A stretch of DNA of 64,000 bases from Eledone cirrhosa (Eukaryota), in NCBI GenBank assembly GCA_964016885.1, contig OZ024741.1, positions 249,984,001 to 250,048,000 of the forward strand, in the 5' to 3' direction. Below, in pieces: positions 1 through 11,099 of this stretch (positions are counted from its first letter, which is position 1; each line of letters begins with the position of its first letter). The notes under the pieces were generated by a model that searched no databases, had not been told where the DNA came from, and saw only the letters and a list, made by a program, of their open reading frames with translations. The translations under genes were made by a program, and so were the position numbers.

Positions 1-25
1 CCAAGGGGAGATAATTTCCAGCCGT
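1..25 (+). repeat. Type A monomer, consensus CCAAGGGGAGATAATTTCCAGCCGT (25 bp); example copy
   Basis: Read directly at 1-25. Occurs in runs, usually of 4 or 9, throughout the window. Confidence 0.97.
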
Positions 26-1290
26 CCAAGGGGAGATAATATCCAGCCGTCCAAGGAGACATATTTTCCAGCCGTCCAAGGAGACGTAATTTCTAGCCGT
101 CCAAGGGGAGATAAGTTCCAGCCTCCAAGGGGAGATAATTTCCAGCCAGCCAAGGGGAGATAATTTGTAAAAAAATTAGGGGGAGATAATTTGTAAAAAA
201 AAATCAGGGGGAGATAATTTGTAAAAAAAAATCAGGGGGAGATAATTTGTAAAAAATATCAAGGGGAGATAATTTCCAGCCCTCCAAGGGGCTATAATTT
301 CCAGCCGTGCAAGGGGAGATAATTTCCAGCCGTCCAAGGGGAGATAATTTCCATCCTTCCAAGGGGAGATAATTTCCAGCCGTCCAAGGGGAGATAATTT
401 CCCGCCAGCCAAGGGAAGATAATTTTTTAAAAAATCAGGCGGAGATTGTAAAAAAAATCAGGGGGAGATAATTTGTAAAAAAATCAGGGGGAGATAATTT
501 GTAAAAAAAAAATCAGGGGGAGATAATTTGTAAAAAAAAATCAGGGGGAGCTAATTTGTAAAAAAAATCAGGGGGAGATAATTTGTAAAAAAAAATCAGG
601 GGGAGATAATTTGTAAAAAAAAAATCAGGGGGAGATAATTTGTAAAAAAATCAAGGGGAGATAATTTCCAGCCGTCCAAGGGGAGATAATTTTCAGCCGT
701 CCAAGGAGGTAATTTCTAGCCGTCCAAGGGGAGATAATTTCCAGCCGTCCAAGGGGAGATAATTTTTTTAAAAAAATCAGGCGGAGATAATTTGTAAACA
801 AAAATCAGGGGGAGATAATTTGTAAAAAAAAATCAGGGGGAGATAATTTGTAAAAAAAAATCAGGGGTAGATAATTTGTAAAAAAAATCAAGGGGAGATA
901 ATTTCCAGCCGTCCAAGGGGAGGTAATATCTAGCCATCCAAGGGGAGATAATTTCCAGCCGTCCAAGGGGAGATAATTTCCAGCCGTCCAAGGGGAGATA
1001 ATATCCAGCCGTCCAAGGAGACATATTTTCCAGCCGTCCAAGGAGAGGTAATTTCTAGCCGTCCAAGGGGAGATAAGTTCCAGCCTCCAAGGGGAGATAA
1101 TTTCCAGCCAGCCAAGGGGAGATAATTTGTAAAAAAATCAGGGGGAGATAATTTGTAAAAAAAATCAGGGGGAGATAATTTGTAAAAAAATCAGGGGGAG
1201 ATAATTTCTAAAAAAAAAATCAGGGGGAGATAATTTGTAAAAAAAATCAGGGGGAGATAATTTGTAGAAAAAATCAGGGGTAGATAATTT

Positions 1291-1327
1291 GTAAAAAAAA
1301 TCAGGGGGAGATAATTTGTAAAAAAAA
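1291..1327 (+). repeat. Type B monomer, consensus TCAGGGGGAGATAATTTGT(A)7-10 (26-29 bp); example copy at 1301-1327, interval includes the preceding A-tract
   Basis: Read directly (tcagggggagataatttgtaaaaaaaa). Occurs in runs, usually of 4, 5 or 9. Recurrent variants are CAGGGGTAG, CAGGCGGAG, TTAGGGGG and GTAAACAAAAA. Confidence 0.96.
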
Positions 1328-4300
1328 TCAGGGGGAGATAATTTGTAAAAAAAATCAGGGGTAGATAATTTTCAGCCGTCCAAGGGGAGATAATTTCCAT
1401 CCTTCCAAGGGGAGATAATTTCCAGCCGTCCAAGGGGAGATAATTTCCCGCCAGCCAAGGAGAGATAACATTTAAAAAAATCAGGCGGAGATAATTTGTA
1501 AAAAAAATCAGGGGGAGATAATTTATAAAAAAATCAGGGGGAGATAATTTGTAAAAAAAATCAGGGGTAGATAATTTCCAGCCGTCCAAGGGGAGATAAT
1601 TTCCATCCTTCCAAGGGGAGATAATTTCCAGCCGTCCAAGGGGAGATAATTTCCCGCCAGCCAAGGAGAGATAATATTTAAAAAAATCAGGCGGAGATAA
1701 TTTGTAAAAAAAATCAGGGGGAGATAATTTGTAAAAAAATCAGGGGGAGATAATTTGTAAAAAAAATCAGGGGGAGATAATTTGTAAAAAAAATCAGGGG
1801 GAGATAATTTGTAAAAAAAATCAGGGGTAGATAATTTGTAAAAAAAAATCAGGGGGAGATAATTTGTAAAAAAAAAATCAGGGGGAGATAATTTGTAAAA
1901 AAATCAAGGGGAGATAATTTCCAGCCGTCCAAGGGGAGATAATTTTCAGCCGTCCAAGGAGAGGTAATTTCTAGCCGTCCAAGGGGAGATAATTTCCAGC
2001 CGTCCAAGGGGAGATATTTTCCAGCCGTCCAAGGAGAGGTAATTTCTAGCCGTCCAAGGGGAGATAAGTTCCTGCCTCCAAGGGGAGATAATTTCCAGCC
2101 AGCCAAGGGGAGATAATTTGTAAAAAAATCAGGGGGAGATAATTTGTAAAAAAAAAATCAGGGGGAGATAATTTGTAAAAAAATCAGGGGGAGATAATTT
2201 GTAAAAAAAAAATCAGGGGGAGATAATTTGTAAAAAAAATCAGGGGGAGATAATTTGTAAAAAAAATCAGGGGTAGATAATTTGTAAAAAAAATCAGGGG
2301 GAGATAATTTGTAAAAAAAATCAGGGGGAGATAATTTGTAAAAAAAATCAGGGGTAGATAATTTTCAGCCCTCCAAGGGGAGATAATTTCCAGCCGTCCA
2401 AGGGGAGATAATTTCCCGCCAGCCAAGGAGAGATAACATTTAAAAAAATCAGGCGGAGATAATTTGTAAAAAAAATCAGGGGGAGATAATTTGTAAAAAA
2501 ATTAGGGGGAGATAATTTGTAAAAAAAATCAGGGGTAGATAATTTCCAGCCGTCCAAGGGGAGATAATTTCCATCCTTCCAAGGGGAGATAATTTCCAGC
2601 CGTCCAAGGGGAGATAATTTCCCGCCAGCCAAGGAGAGATAATATTTAAAAAAATCAGGCGGAGATAATTTGTAAAAAAAATCAGGGGGAGATAATTTGT
2701 AAAAAAATCAGGGGGAGATAATTTGTAAAAAAAAATCAGGGGGAGATAATTTGTAAAAAAAATCAGGGGGAGATAATTTGTAAAAAAAAATCAGGGGTAG
2801 ATAATTTGTAAAAAAAAATCAGGGGGAGATAATTTGTAAAAAAAAATCAGGGGGAGATAATTTGTAAAAAAATCAAGGGGAGATAATTTCCAGCCGTCCA
2901 AGGGGAGATAATTTTCAGCCGTCCAAGGAGAGGTAATTTCTAGCCGTCCAAGGGGAGAGAATTTCCAGCCGTCCAAGGGGAGATAATTTTTTTAAAAAAA
3001 TCAGGCGGAGATAATTTGTAAACAAAAATCAGGGGGAGATAATTTGTAAAAAAAAATCAGGGGGAGATAATTTGTAAAAAAAAATCAGGGGGAGATAATT
3101 TGTAAAAAAAATCAAGGGGAGATAATTTCCAGCCGTCCAAGGGGAGGTAATATCTAGCCATCCAAGGGGAGATAATTTCCAGCCGTCCAAGGGGAGATAA
3201 TTTCCAGCCGTCCAAGGGGAGATAATATCCAGCCGTCCAAGGAGACATATTTTCCAGCCGTCCAAGGAGACGTAATTTCTAGCCGTCCAAGGGGAGATAA
3301 GTTCCAGCCTCCAAGGGGAGATAATTTCCAGCCAGCCAAGGGGAGATAATTTGTAAAAAAATTAGGGGGAGATAATTTGTAAAAAAAAATTAGGGGGAGA
3401 TAATTTGTAAAAAAAAATCAGGGGGAGATAATTTGTAAAAAAAAATCAGGGGGAGATAATTTGTAAAAAAAAATCAGGGGGAGATAATTTGTAAAAAAAA
3501 AATCAGGCGGAGATAATTTGTAAAAAAATCAAGGGGAGATAATTTCCAGCCGTCCAAGGGGAGATAATTTTCAGCCGTCCAAGGAGAGGTAATTTCTAGC
3601 CGTCCAAGGGGAGATAATTTCCAGCCGTCCAAGGGGAGATAATTTTTTTAAAAAAATCAGGCGGAGATAATTTGTAAACAAAAATCAGGGGGAGATAATT
3701 TGTAAAAAAAAATCAGGGGGAGATAATTTGTAAAAAAAATCAGGGGGAGATAATTTGTAAAAAAAATCAAGGGGAGATAATTTGTAAAAAAAAATCAGGG
3801 GTAGATAATTTGTAAAAAAAAATCAGGGGGAGATAATTTGTAAAAAAAAATCAGGGGGAGATAATTTGTAAAAAAATCAAGGGGAGATAATTTCCAGCCG
3901 TCCAAGGGGAGATAATTTTCAGCCGTCCAAGGAGAGGTAATTTCTAGCCGTCCAAGGGGAGATAATTTCCATCCAGCCAAGGGGAGATAATTTGTAAAAA
4001 AATCAGGGGTAGATAATTTGTAAAAAAAAATCAGGGGGAGATAATTTGTAAAAAAAATCAGGGGGAGATAATTTGTAAAAAAAATCAGGGGTAGATAATT
4101 TCCAGCCGTCCAAGGGGAGATAATTTCCATCCTTCCAAGGGGAGATAATTTCCAGCCGTCCAAGGGGAGATAATTTCCCGCCAGCCAAGGAGAGATAACA
4201 TTTAAAAAAATCAGGCGGAGATAATTTGTAAAAAAAATCAGGGGGAGATAATTTGTAAAAAAATCAGGGGGAGATAATTTGTAAAAAAAATCAGGGGTAG

Positions 4301-4765
4301 ATAATTTCCAGCCGTCCAAGGGGAGATAATTTCCATCCTTCCAAGGGGAGATAATTTCCAGCCGTCCAAGGGGAGATAATTTCCCGCCAGCCAAGGAGAG
4401 ATAATATTTAAAAAAATCAGGCGGTGATAATTTGTAAAAAAAATCAGGGGGAGATAATTTGTAAAAAAATCAGGGGGAGATAATTTGTAAAAAAAAATCA
4501 GGGGAGATAATTTGTAAAAAAAATCAGGGGGTGATAATTTGTAAAAAAAATCAGGGGTAGATAATTTGTAAAAAAAAATCAGGGGGAGATAATTTGTAAA
4601 AAAAAAATCAGGGGGAGATAATTTGTAAAAAAATCAAGGGGAGATAATTTCCAACCGTCCAAGGGGAGATAATTTTCAGCCGTCCAAGGAGGTAATTTCT
4701 AGCCGTCCAAGGGGAGATAATTTCCAGCCGTCCAAGGGGAGATAATTTTTTTAAAAAAATCAGGC

Positions 4766-7700
4766 GGAGATAATTTGTAAACAAAAATCAGGGGGAGATA
4801 ATTTGTAAAAAAAAATCAGGGGGAGATAATTTGTAAAAAAAATCGAGGGGAGATAATTTCCAGCCGTCCAAGGGGAGGTAATATCTAGCCATCCAAAGGG
4901 AGATAATTTCCAGCCGTCCAAGGGGAGATAATTTCCAGCCGTCCAAGGGGAGATAATATCCAGCCGTCCAAGGAGACATATTTTCCAGCCGTCCAAGGAG
5001 AGGTAATTTCTAGCCGTCCAAGGGGAGATAAGTTCCAGCCTCCAAGGGGAGATAATTTCCAGCCAGCCAAGGGGAGATAATTTGTAAAAAAATCAGGGGG
5101 AGATAATTTGTAAAAAAAAAATCAGGGGGAGATAATTTGTAAAAAAATCAGGGGGAGATAATTTGTAAAAAAAAAATCAGGGGGAGATAATTTGTAAAAA
5201 AAATCAGGGGGAGATAATTTGTAGAAAAAATCAGGGGTAGATAATTTGTAAAAAAAATCAGGGGGAGATAATTTGTAAAAAAAATCAGGGGGAGATAATT
5301 TGTAAAAGAAATCAGGGGTAGATAATTTTCAGTCGTCCAAGGGGAGATAATTTCCATCCTTCCAAGGGGAGATAATTTCCAGCCGTCCAAGGGGAGATAA
5401 TTTCCCGCCAGCCAAGGAGAGATAACATTTAAAAAAATCAGGCGGAGATAATTTGTAAAAAAAATCAGGGGGAGATAATTTGTAAAAAAATCAGGGGGAG
5501 ATAATTTGTAAAAAAAATCAGGGGTAGATAATTTCCAGCCGTCCAAGGGGAGATAATTTCCATCCTTCCAAGGGGAGATAATTTCCAGCCGTCCAAGGGG
5601 AGATAATTTCCCGCCAGCCAAGGAGAGATAATATTTAAAAAAATCAGGCGGAGATAATTTGTAAAAAAAATCAGGGGGAGATAATTTGTAAAAAAATCAG
5701 GGGGAGATAATTTGTAAAAAAAAATCAGGGGGAGATAATTTGTAAAAAAAATCAGGGGGAGATAATTTGTAAAAAAAATCAGGGGTAGATAATTTGTAAA
5801 AAAAAATCAGGGGGAGATAATTTGTAAAAAAAAAATCAGGGGGAGATAATTTGTAAAAAAATCAAGGTGAGATAATTTCCAGCCGTCCAAGGGGAGATAA
5901 TTTTCAGCCGTCCAAGGAGAGGTAATTGCTAGCCGTCCAAGGGGAGATAATTTCCAGCCGTCCAAGGGGAGATAATTTTTTTAAAAAAATCAGGCGGAGA
6001 TAATTTGTAAACAAAAATCAGGGGGAGATAATTTGTAAAAAAAAATCAGGGGGAGATAATTTGTAAAAAAAAATCAGGGGGAGATAATTTGTAAAAAAAA
6101 TCAAGGGGAGATAATTTCCAGCCGTCCAAGGGGAGGTAATATCTAGCCATCCAAGGGGAGATAATTTCCAGCCGTCCAAGGGGAGATAATTTCCAGCCGT
6201 CCAAGGGGAGATAATATCCAGCCGTCCAAGGAGACATATTTTCCAGCCGTCCAAGGAGAGGTAATTTCTAGCCGTCCAAGGGGAGATAAGTTCCAGCCTC
6301 CAAGGGGAGATAATTTCCAGCCAGCCAAGGGGAGATAATTTGTAAAAAAATCAGGGGGAGATAATTTGTAAAAAAAAATCAGGGGGAGATAATTTGTAAA
6401 AAAATCAGGGGGAGATAATTTGTAAAAAAAAAATCAGGGGGAGATAATTTGTAAAAAAAATCAGGGGGAGATAATTTGTAAAAAAATCAGGGGTAGATAA
6501 TTTGTAAAAAAAATCAGGGGGAGATAATTTGTAAAAAAAATCAGGGGGAGATAATTTGTAAAAAAAATCAGGGGTAGATAATTTTCAGCCGTCCAAGGGG
6601 AGATAATTTCCATCCTTCCAAGGGGAGATAATTTCCAGCCGTCCAAGGGGAGATAATTTCCCGCCAGCCAAGGAGAGATAACATTTAAAAAAATCAGGCG
6701 GAGATAATTTGTAAAAAAATCAGGGGGAGATAATTTGTAAAAAAAATCAGGGGGAGATAATTTGTAAAAAAAATCAGGGGGAGATAATTTGTAAAAAAAA
6801 ATCAGGGGTAGATAATTTGTAAAAAAAAATCAGGGGGAGATAATTCGTAAAAAAAAATCAGGGGGAGATAATTTGTAAAAAAATCAAGGGGAGATAATTT
6901 CCAGCCGTCCAAGGGGAGATAATTTCCAGCCGTCCAAGGGGAGGTAATATCTAGCCATCCAAGGGGAGATAATTTCCAGCCGTCCAAGGGGAGATAATTT
7001 CCAGCCGTCCAAGGGGAGATAATATCCAGCCGTCCAAGGAGACATATTTTCCAGCCGTCCAAGGAGACGTAATTTCTAGCCGTCCAAGGGGAGATAAGTT
7101 CCAGCCTCCAAGGGGAGATAATTTCCAGCCAGCCAAGGGGAGATAATTTGTAAAAAAATCAGGGGAGATAATTTGTAAAAAAAATCAGGGGGAGATAATT
7201 TGTAAAAAAAAATCAGGGGTAGATAATTTGTAAAAAAAATCAGGGGGAGATAATTTGTAAAAAAAAAATCAGGGGGAGATAATTTGTAAAAAAATCAAGG
7301 GGAGATAATTTCCAACCGTCCAAGGGGAGATAATTTTCAGCCGTCCAAGGAGGTAATTTCTAGCCGTCCAAGGGGAGATAATTTCCAGCCGTCCAAGGGG
7401 AGATAATTTTTTTAAAAAAATCAGGCGGAGATAATTTGTAAACAAAAATCAGGGGGAGATAATTTGTAAAAAAAAATCAGGGGGAGATAATTTGTAAAAA
7501 AAATCAGGGGGAGATAATTTGTAAAAAAAATCAAGGGGAGATAATTTCCAGCCGTCCAAGGGGAGGTAATATCTAGCCATCCAAAGGGAGATAATTTCCA
7601 GCCGTCCAAGGGGAGATAATTTCCAGCCGTCCAAGGGGAGATAATATCCAGCCGTCCAAGGAGACATATTTTCCAGCCGTCCAAGGAGAGGTAATTTCTA

Positions 7701-10700
7701 GCCGTCCAAGGGGAGATAAGTTCCAGCCTCCAAGGGGAGATAATTTCCAGCCAGCCAAGGGGAGATAATTTGTAAAAAAATCAGGGGGAGATAATTTGTA
7801 AAAAAAAAATCAGGGGGAGATAATTTGTAAAAAAATCAGGGGGAGATAATTTGTAAAAAAAAAATCAGGGGGAGATAATTTGTAAAAAAAATCAGGGGGA
7901 GATAATTTGTAAACAAAAATCAGGGGGAGATAATTTGTAAAAAAAAATCAGGGGGAGATAATTTGTAAACAAAAATCAGGGGGAGATAATTTGTAAAAAA
8001 AAATCAGGGGGAGATAATTTGTAAAAAAAATCGAGGGGAGATAATTTCCAGCCGTCCAAGGGGAGGTAATATCTAGCCATCCAAAGGGAGATAATTTCCA
8101 GCCGTCCAAGGGGAGATAATTTCCAGCCGTCCAAGGGGAGATAATATCCAGCCGTCCAAGGAGACATATTTTCCAGCCGTCCAAGGAGAGGTAATTTCTA
8201 GCCGTCCAAGGGGAGATAAGTTCCAGCCTCCAAGGGGAGATAATTTCCAGCCAGCCAAGGGGAGATAATTTGTAAAAAAATCAGGGGGAGATAATTTGTA
8301 AAAAAAAAATCAGGGGGAGATAATTTGTAAAAAAATCAGGGGGAGATAATTTGTAAAAAAAAAATCAGGGGGAGATAATTTGTAAAAAAAATCAGGGGGA
8401 GATAATTTGTAGAAAAAATCAGGGGTAGATAATTTGTAAAAAAAATCAGGGGGAGATAATTTGTAAAAAAAATCAGGGGGAGATAATTTGTAAAAGAAAT
8501 CAGGGGTAGATAATTTTCAGTCGTCCAAGGGGAGATAATTTCCATCCTTCCAAGGGGAGATAATTTCCAGCCGTCCAAGGGGAGATAATTTCCCGCCAGC
8601 CAAGGAGAGATAACATTTAAAAAAATCAGGCGGAGATAATTTGTAAAAAAAATCAGGGGGAGATAATTTGTAAAAAAATCAGGGGGAGATAATTTGTAAA
8701 AAAAATCAGGGGTAGATAATTTCCAGCCGTCCAAGGGGAGATAATTTCCATCCTTCCAAGGGGAGATAATTTCCAGCCGTCCAAGGGGAGATAATTTCCC
8801 GCCAGCCAAGGAGAGATAATATTTAAAAAAATCAGGCGGAGATAATTTGTAAAAAAAATCAGGGGGAGATAATTTGTAAAAAAATCAGGGGGAGATAATT
8901 TGTAAAAAAAAATCAGGGGGAGATAATTTGTAAAAAAAATCAGGGGGAGATAATTTGTAAAAAAAATCAGGGGTAGATAATTTGTAAAAAAAAATCAGGG
9001 GGAGATAATTTGTAAAAAAAAAATCAGGGGGAGATAATTTGTAAAAAAATCAAGGTGAGATAATTTCCAGCCGTCCAAGGGGAGATAATTTTCAGCCGTC
9101 CAAGGAGAGGTAATTGCTAGCCGTCCAAGGGGAGATAATTTCCAGCCGTCCAAGGGGAGATAATTTTTTTAAAAAAATCAGGCGGAGATAATTTGTAAAC
9201 AAAAATCAGGGGGAGATAATTTGTAAAAAAAAATCAGGGGGAGATAATTTGTAAAAAAAAATCAGGGGGAGATAATTTGTAAAAAAAATCAAGGGGAGAT
9301 AATTTCCAGCCGTCCAAGGGGAGGTAATATCTAGCCATCCAAGGGGAGATAATTTCCAGCCGTCCAAGGGGAGATAATTTCCAGCCGTCCAAGGGGAGAT
9401 AATATCCAGCCGTCCAAGGAGACATATTTTCCAGCCGTCCAAGGAGAGGTAATTTCTAGCCGTCCAAGGGGAGATAAGTTCCAGCCTCCAAGGGGAGATA
9501 ATTTCCAGCCAGCCAAGGGGAGATAATTTGTAAAAAAATCAGGGGGAGATAATTTGTAAAAAAAAATCAGGGGGAGATAATTTGTAAAAAAATCAGGGGG
9601 AGATAATTTGTAAAAAAAAAATCAGGGGGAGATAATTTGTAAAAAAAATCAGGGGGAGATAATTTGTAAAAAAATCAGGGGTAGATAATTTGTAAAAAAA
9701 ATCAGGGGGAGATAATTTGTAAAAAAAATCAGGGGGAGATAATTTGTAAAAAAAATCAGGGGTAGATAATTTTCAGCCGTCCAAGGGGAGATAATTTCCA
9801 TCCTTCCAAGGGGAGATAATTTCCAGCCGTCCAAGGGGAGATAATTTCCCGCCAGCCAAGGAGAGATAACATTTAAAAAAATCAGGCGGAGATAATTTGT
9901 AAAAAAATCAGGGGGAGATAATTTGTAAAAAAAATCAGGGGGAGATAATTTGTAAAAAAAATCAGGGGGAGATAATTTGTAAAAAAAAATCAGGGGTAGA
10001 TAATTTGTAAAAAAAAATCAGGGGGAGATAATTCGTAAAAAAAAATCAGGGGGAGATAATTTGTAAAAAAATCAAGGGGAGATAATTTCCAGCCGTCCAA
10101 GGGGAGATAATTTCCAGCCGTCCAAGGGGAGGTAATATCTAGCCATCCAAGGGGAGATAATTTCCAGCCGTCCAAGGGGAGATAATTTCCAGCCGTCCAA
10201 GGGGAGATAATATCCAGCCGTCCAAGGAGACATATTTTCCAGCCGTCCAAGGAGACGTAATTTCTAGCCGTCCAAGGGGAGATAAGTTCCAGCCTCCAAG
10301 GGGAGATAATTTCCAGCCAGCCAAGGGGAGATAATTTGTAAAAAAATCAGGGGAGATAATTTGTAAAAAAAATCAGGGGGAGATAATTTGTAAAAAAAAA
10401 TCAGGGGTAGATAATTTGTAAAAAAAATCAGGGGGAGATAATTTGTAAAAAAAAAATCAGGGGGAGATAATTTGTAAAAAAATCAAGGGGAGATAATTTC
10501 CAACCGTCCAAGGGGAGATAATTTTCAGCCGTCCAAGGAGGTAATTTCTAGCCGTCCAAGGGGAGATAATTTCCAGCCGTCCAAGGGGAGATAATTTTTT
10601 TAAAAAAATCAGGCGGAGATAATTTGTAAACAAAAATCAGGGGGAGATAATTTGTAAAAAAAAATCAGGGGGAGATAATTTGTAAAAAAAATCAGGGGGA

Positions 10701-11099
10701 GATAATTTGTAAAAAAAATCAAGGGGAGATAATTTCCAGCCGTCCAAGGGGAGGTAATATCTAGCCATCCAAAGGGAGATAATTTCCAGCCGTCCAAGGG
10801 GAGATAATTTCCAGCCGTCCAAGGGGAGATAATATCCAGCCGTCCAAGGAGACATATTTTCCAGCCGTCCAAGGAGAGGTAATTTCTAGCCGTCCAAGGG
10901 GAGATAAGTTCCAGCCTCCAAGGGGAGATAATTTCCAGCCAGCCAAGGGGAGATAATTTGTAAAAAAATCAGGGGGAGATAATTTGTAAAAAAAAAATCA
11001 GGGGGAGATAATTTGTAAAAAAATCAGGGGGAGATAATTTGTAAAAAAAAAATCAGGGGGAGATAATTTGTAAAAAAAATCAGGGGGAGATAATTTGTA
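4766..11099 (+). repeat. Tandem segmental duplication, offset 3,188 bp (4766-7911 vs 7954-11099)
   Basis: Rare variants are shared at a fixed offset: TCGAGG 4843/8031, CAGTCGT ~5330/8518, ATTGCTA ~5925/9113, TTCGTA 6844/10032. ORF pairs 5148/8336, 6018/9206, 6802/9990 and 7421/10609 are all +3188. Confidence 0.92.

Noticed and set aside
7-19. Imperfect palindrome GGAGA-TAA-TTTCC in A monomers, as a hairpin, terminator or NF-kB-like site
   Set aside because: The stem is only 5 bp with a G-T pair, and half-site spacing does not fit GGGRNNYYCC. It is too weak to call.
1-150. Yeast-type long telomeric repeat (the 25-bp unit's minus strand ACGGCTG...CTTGG loosely resembles Candida/Kluyveromyces repeats)
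   Set aside because: It lacks the GGTGT core. kb-scale HORs and inherited SNP haplotypes indicate recombinational amplification, not telomerase synthesis.
1120-1370. A7-10 tracts as retroposon poly(A) tails, or minus-strand T-runs as terminators
   Set aside because: The tracts are integral to each B monomer. There are no target-site duplications, element bodies, promoter boxes or GC stems.
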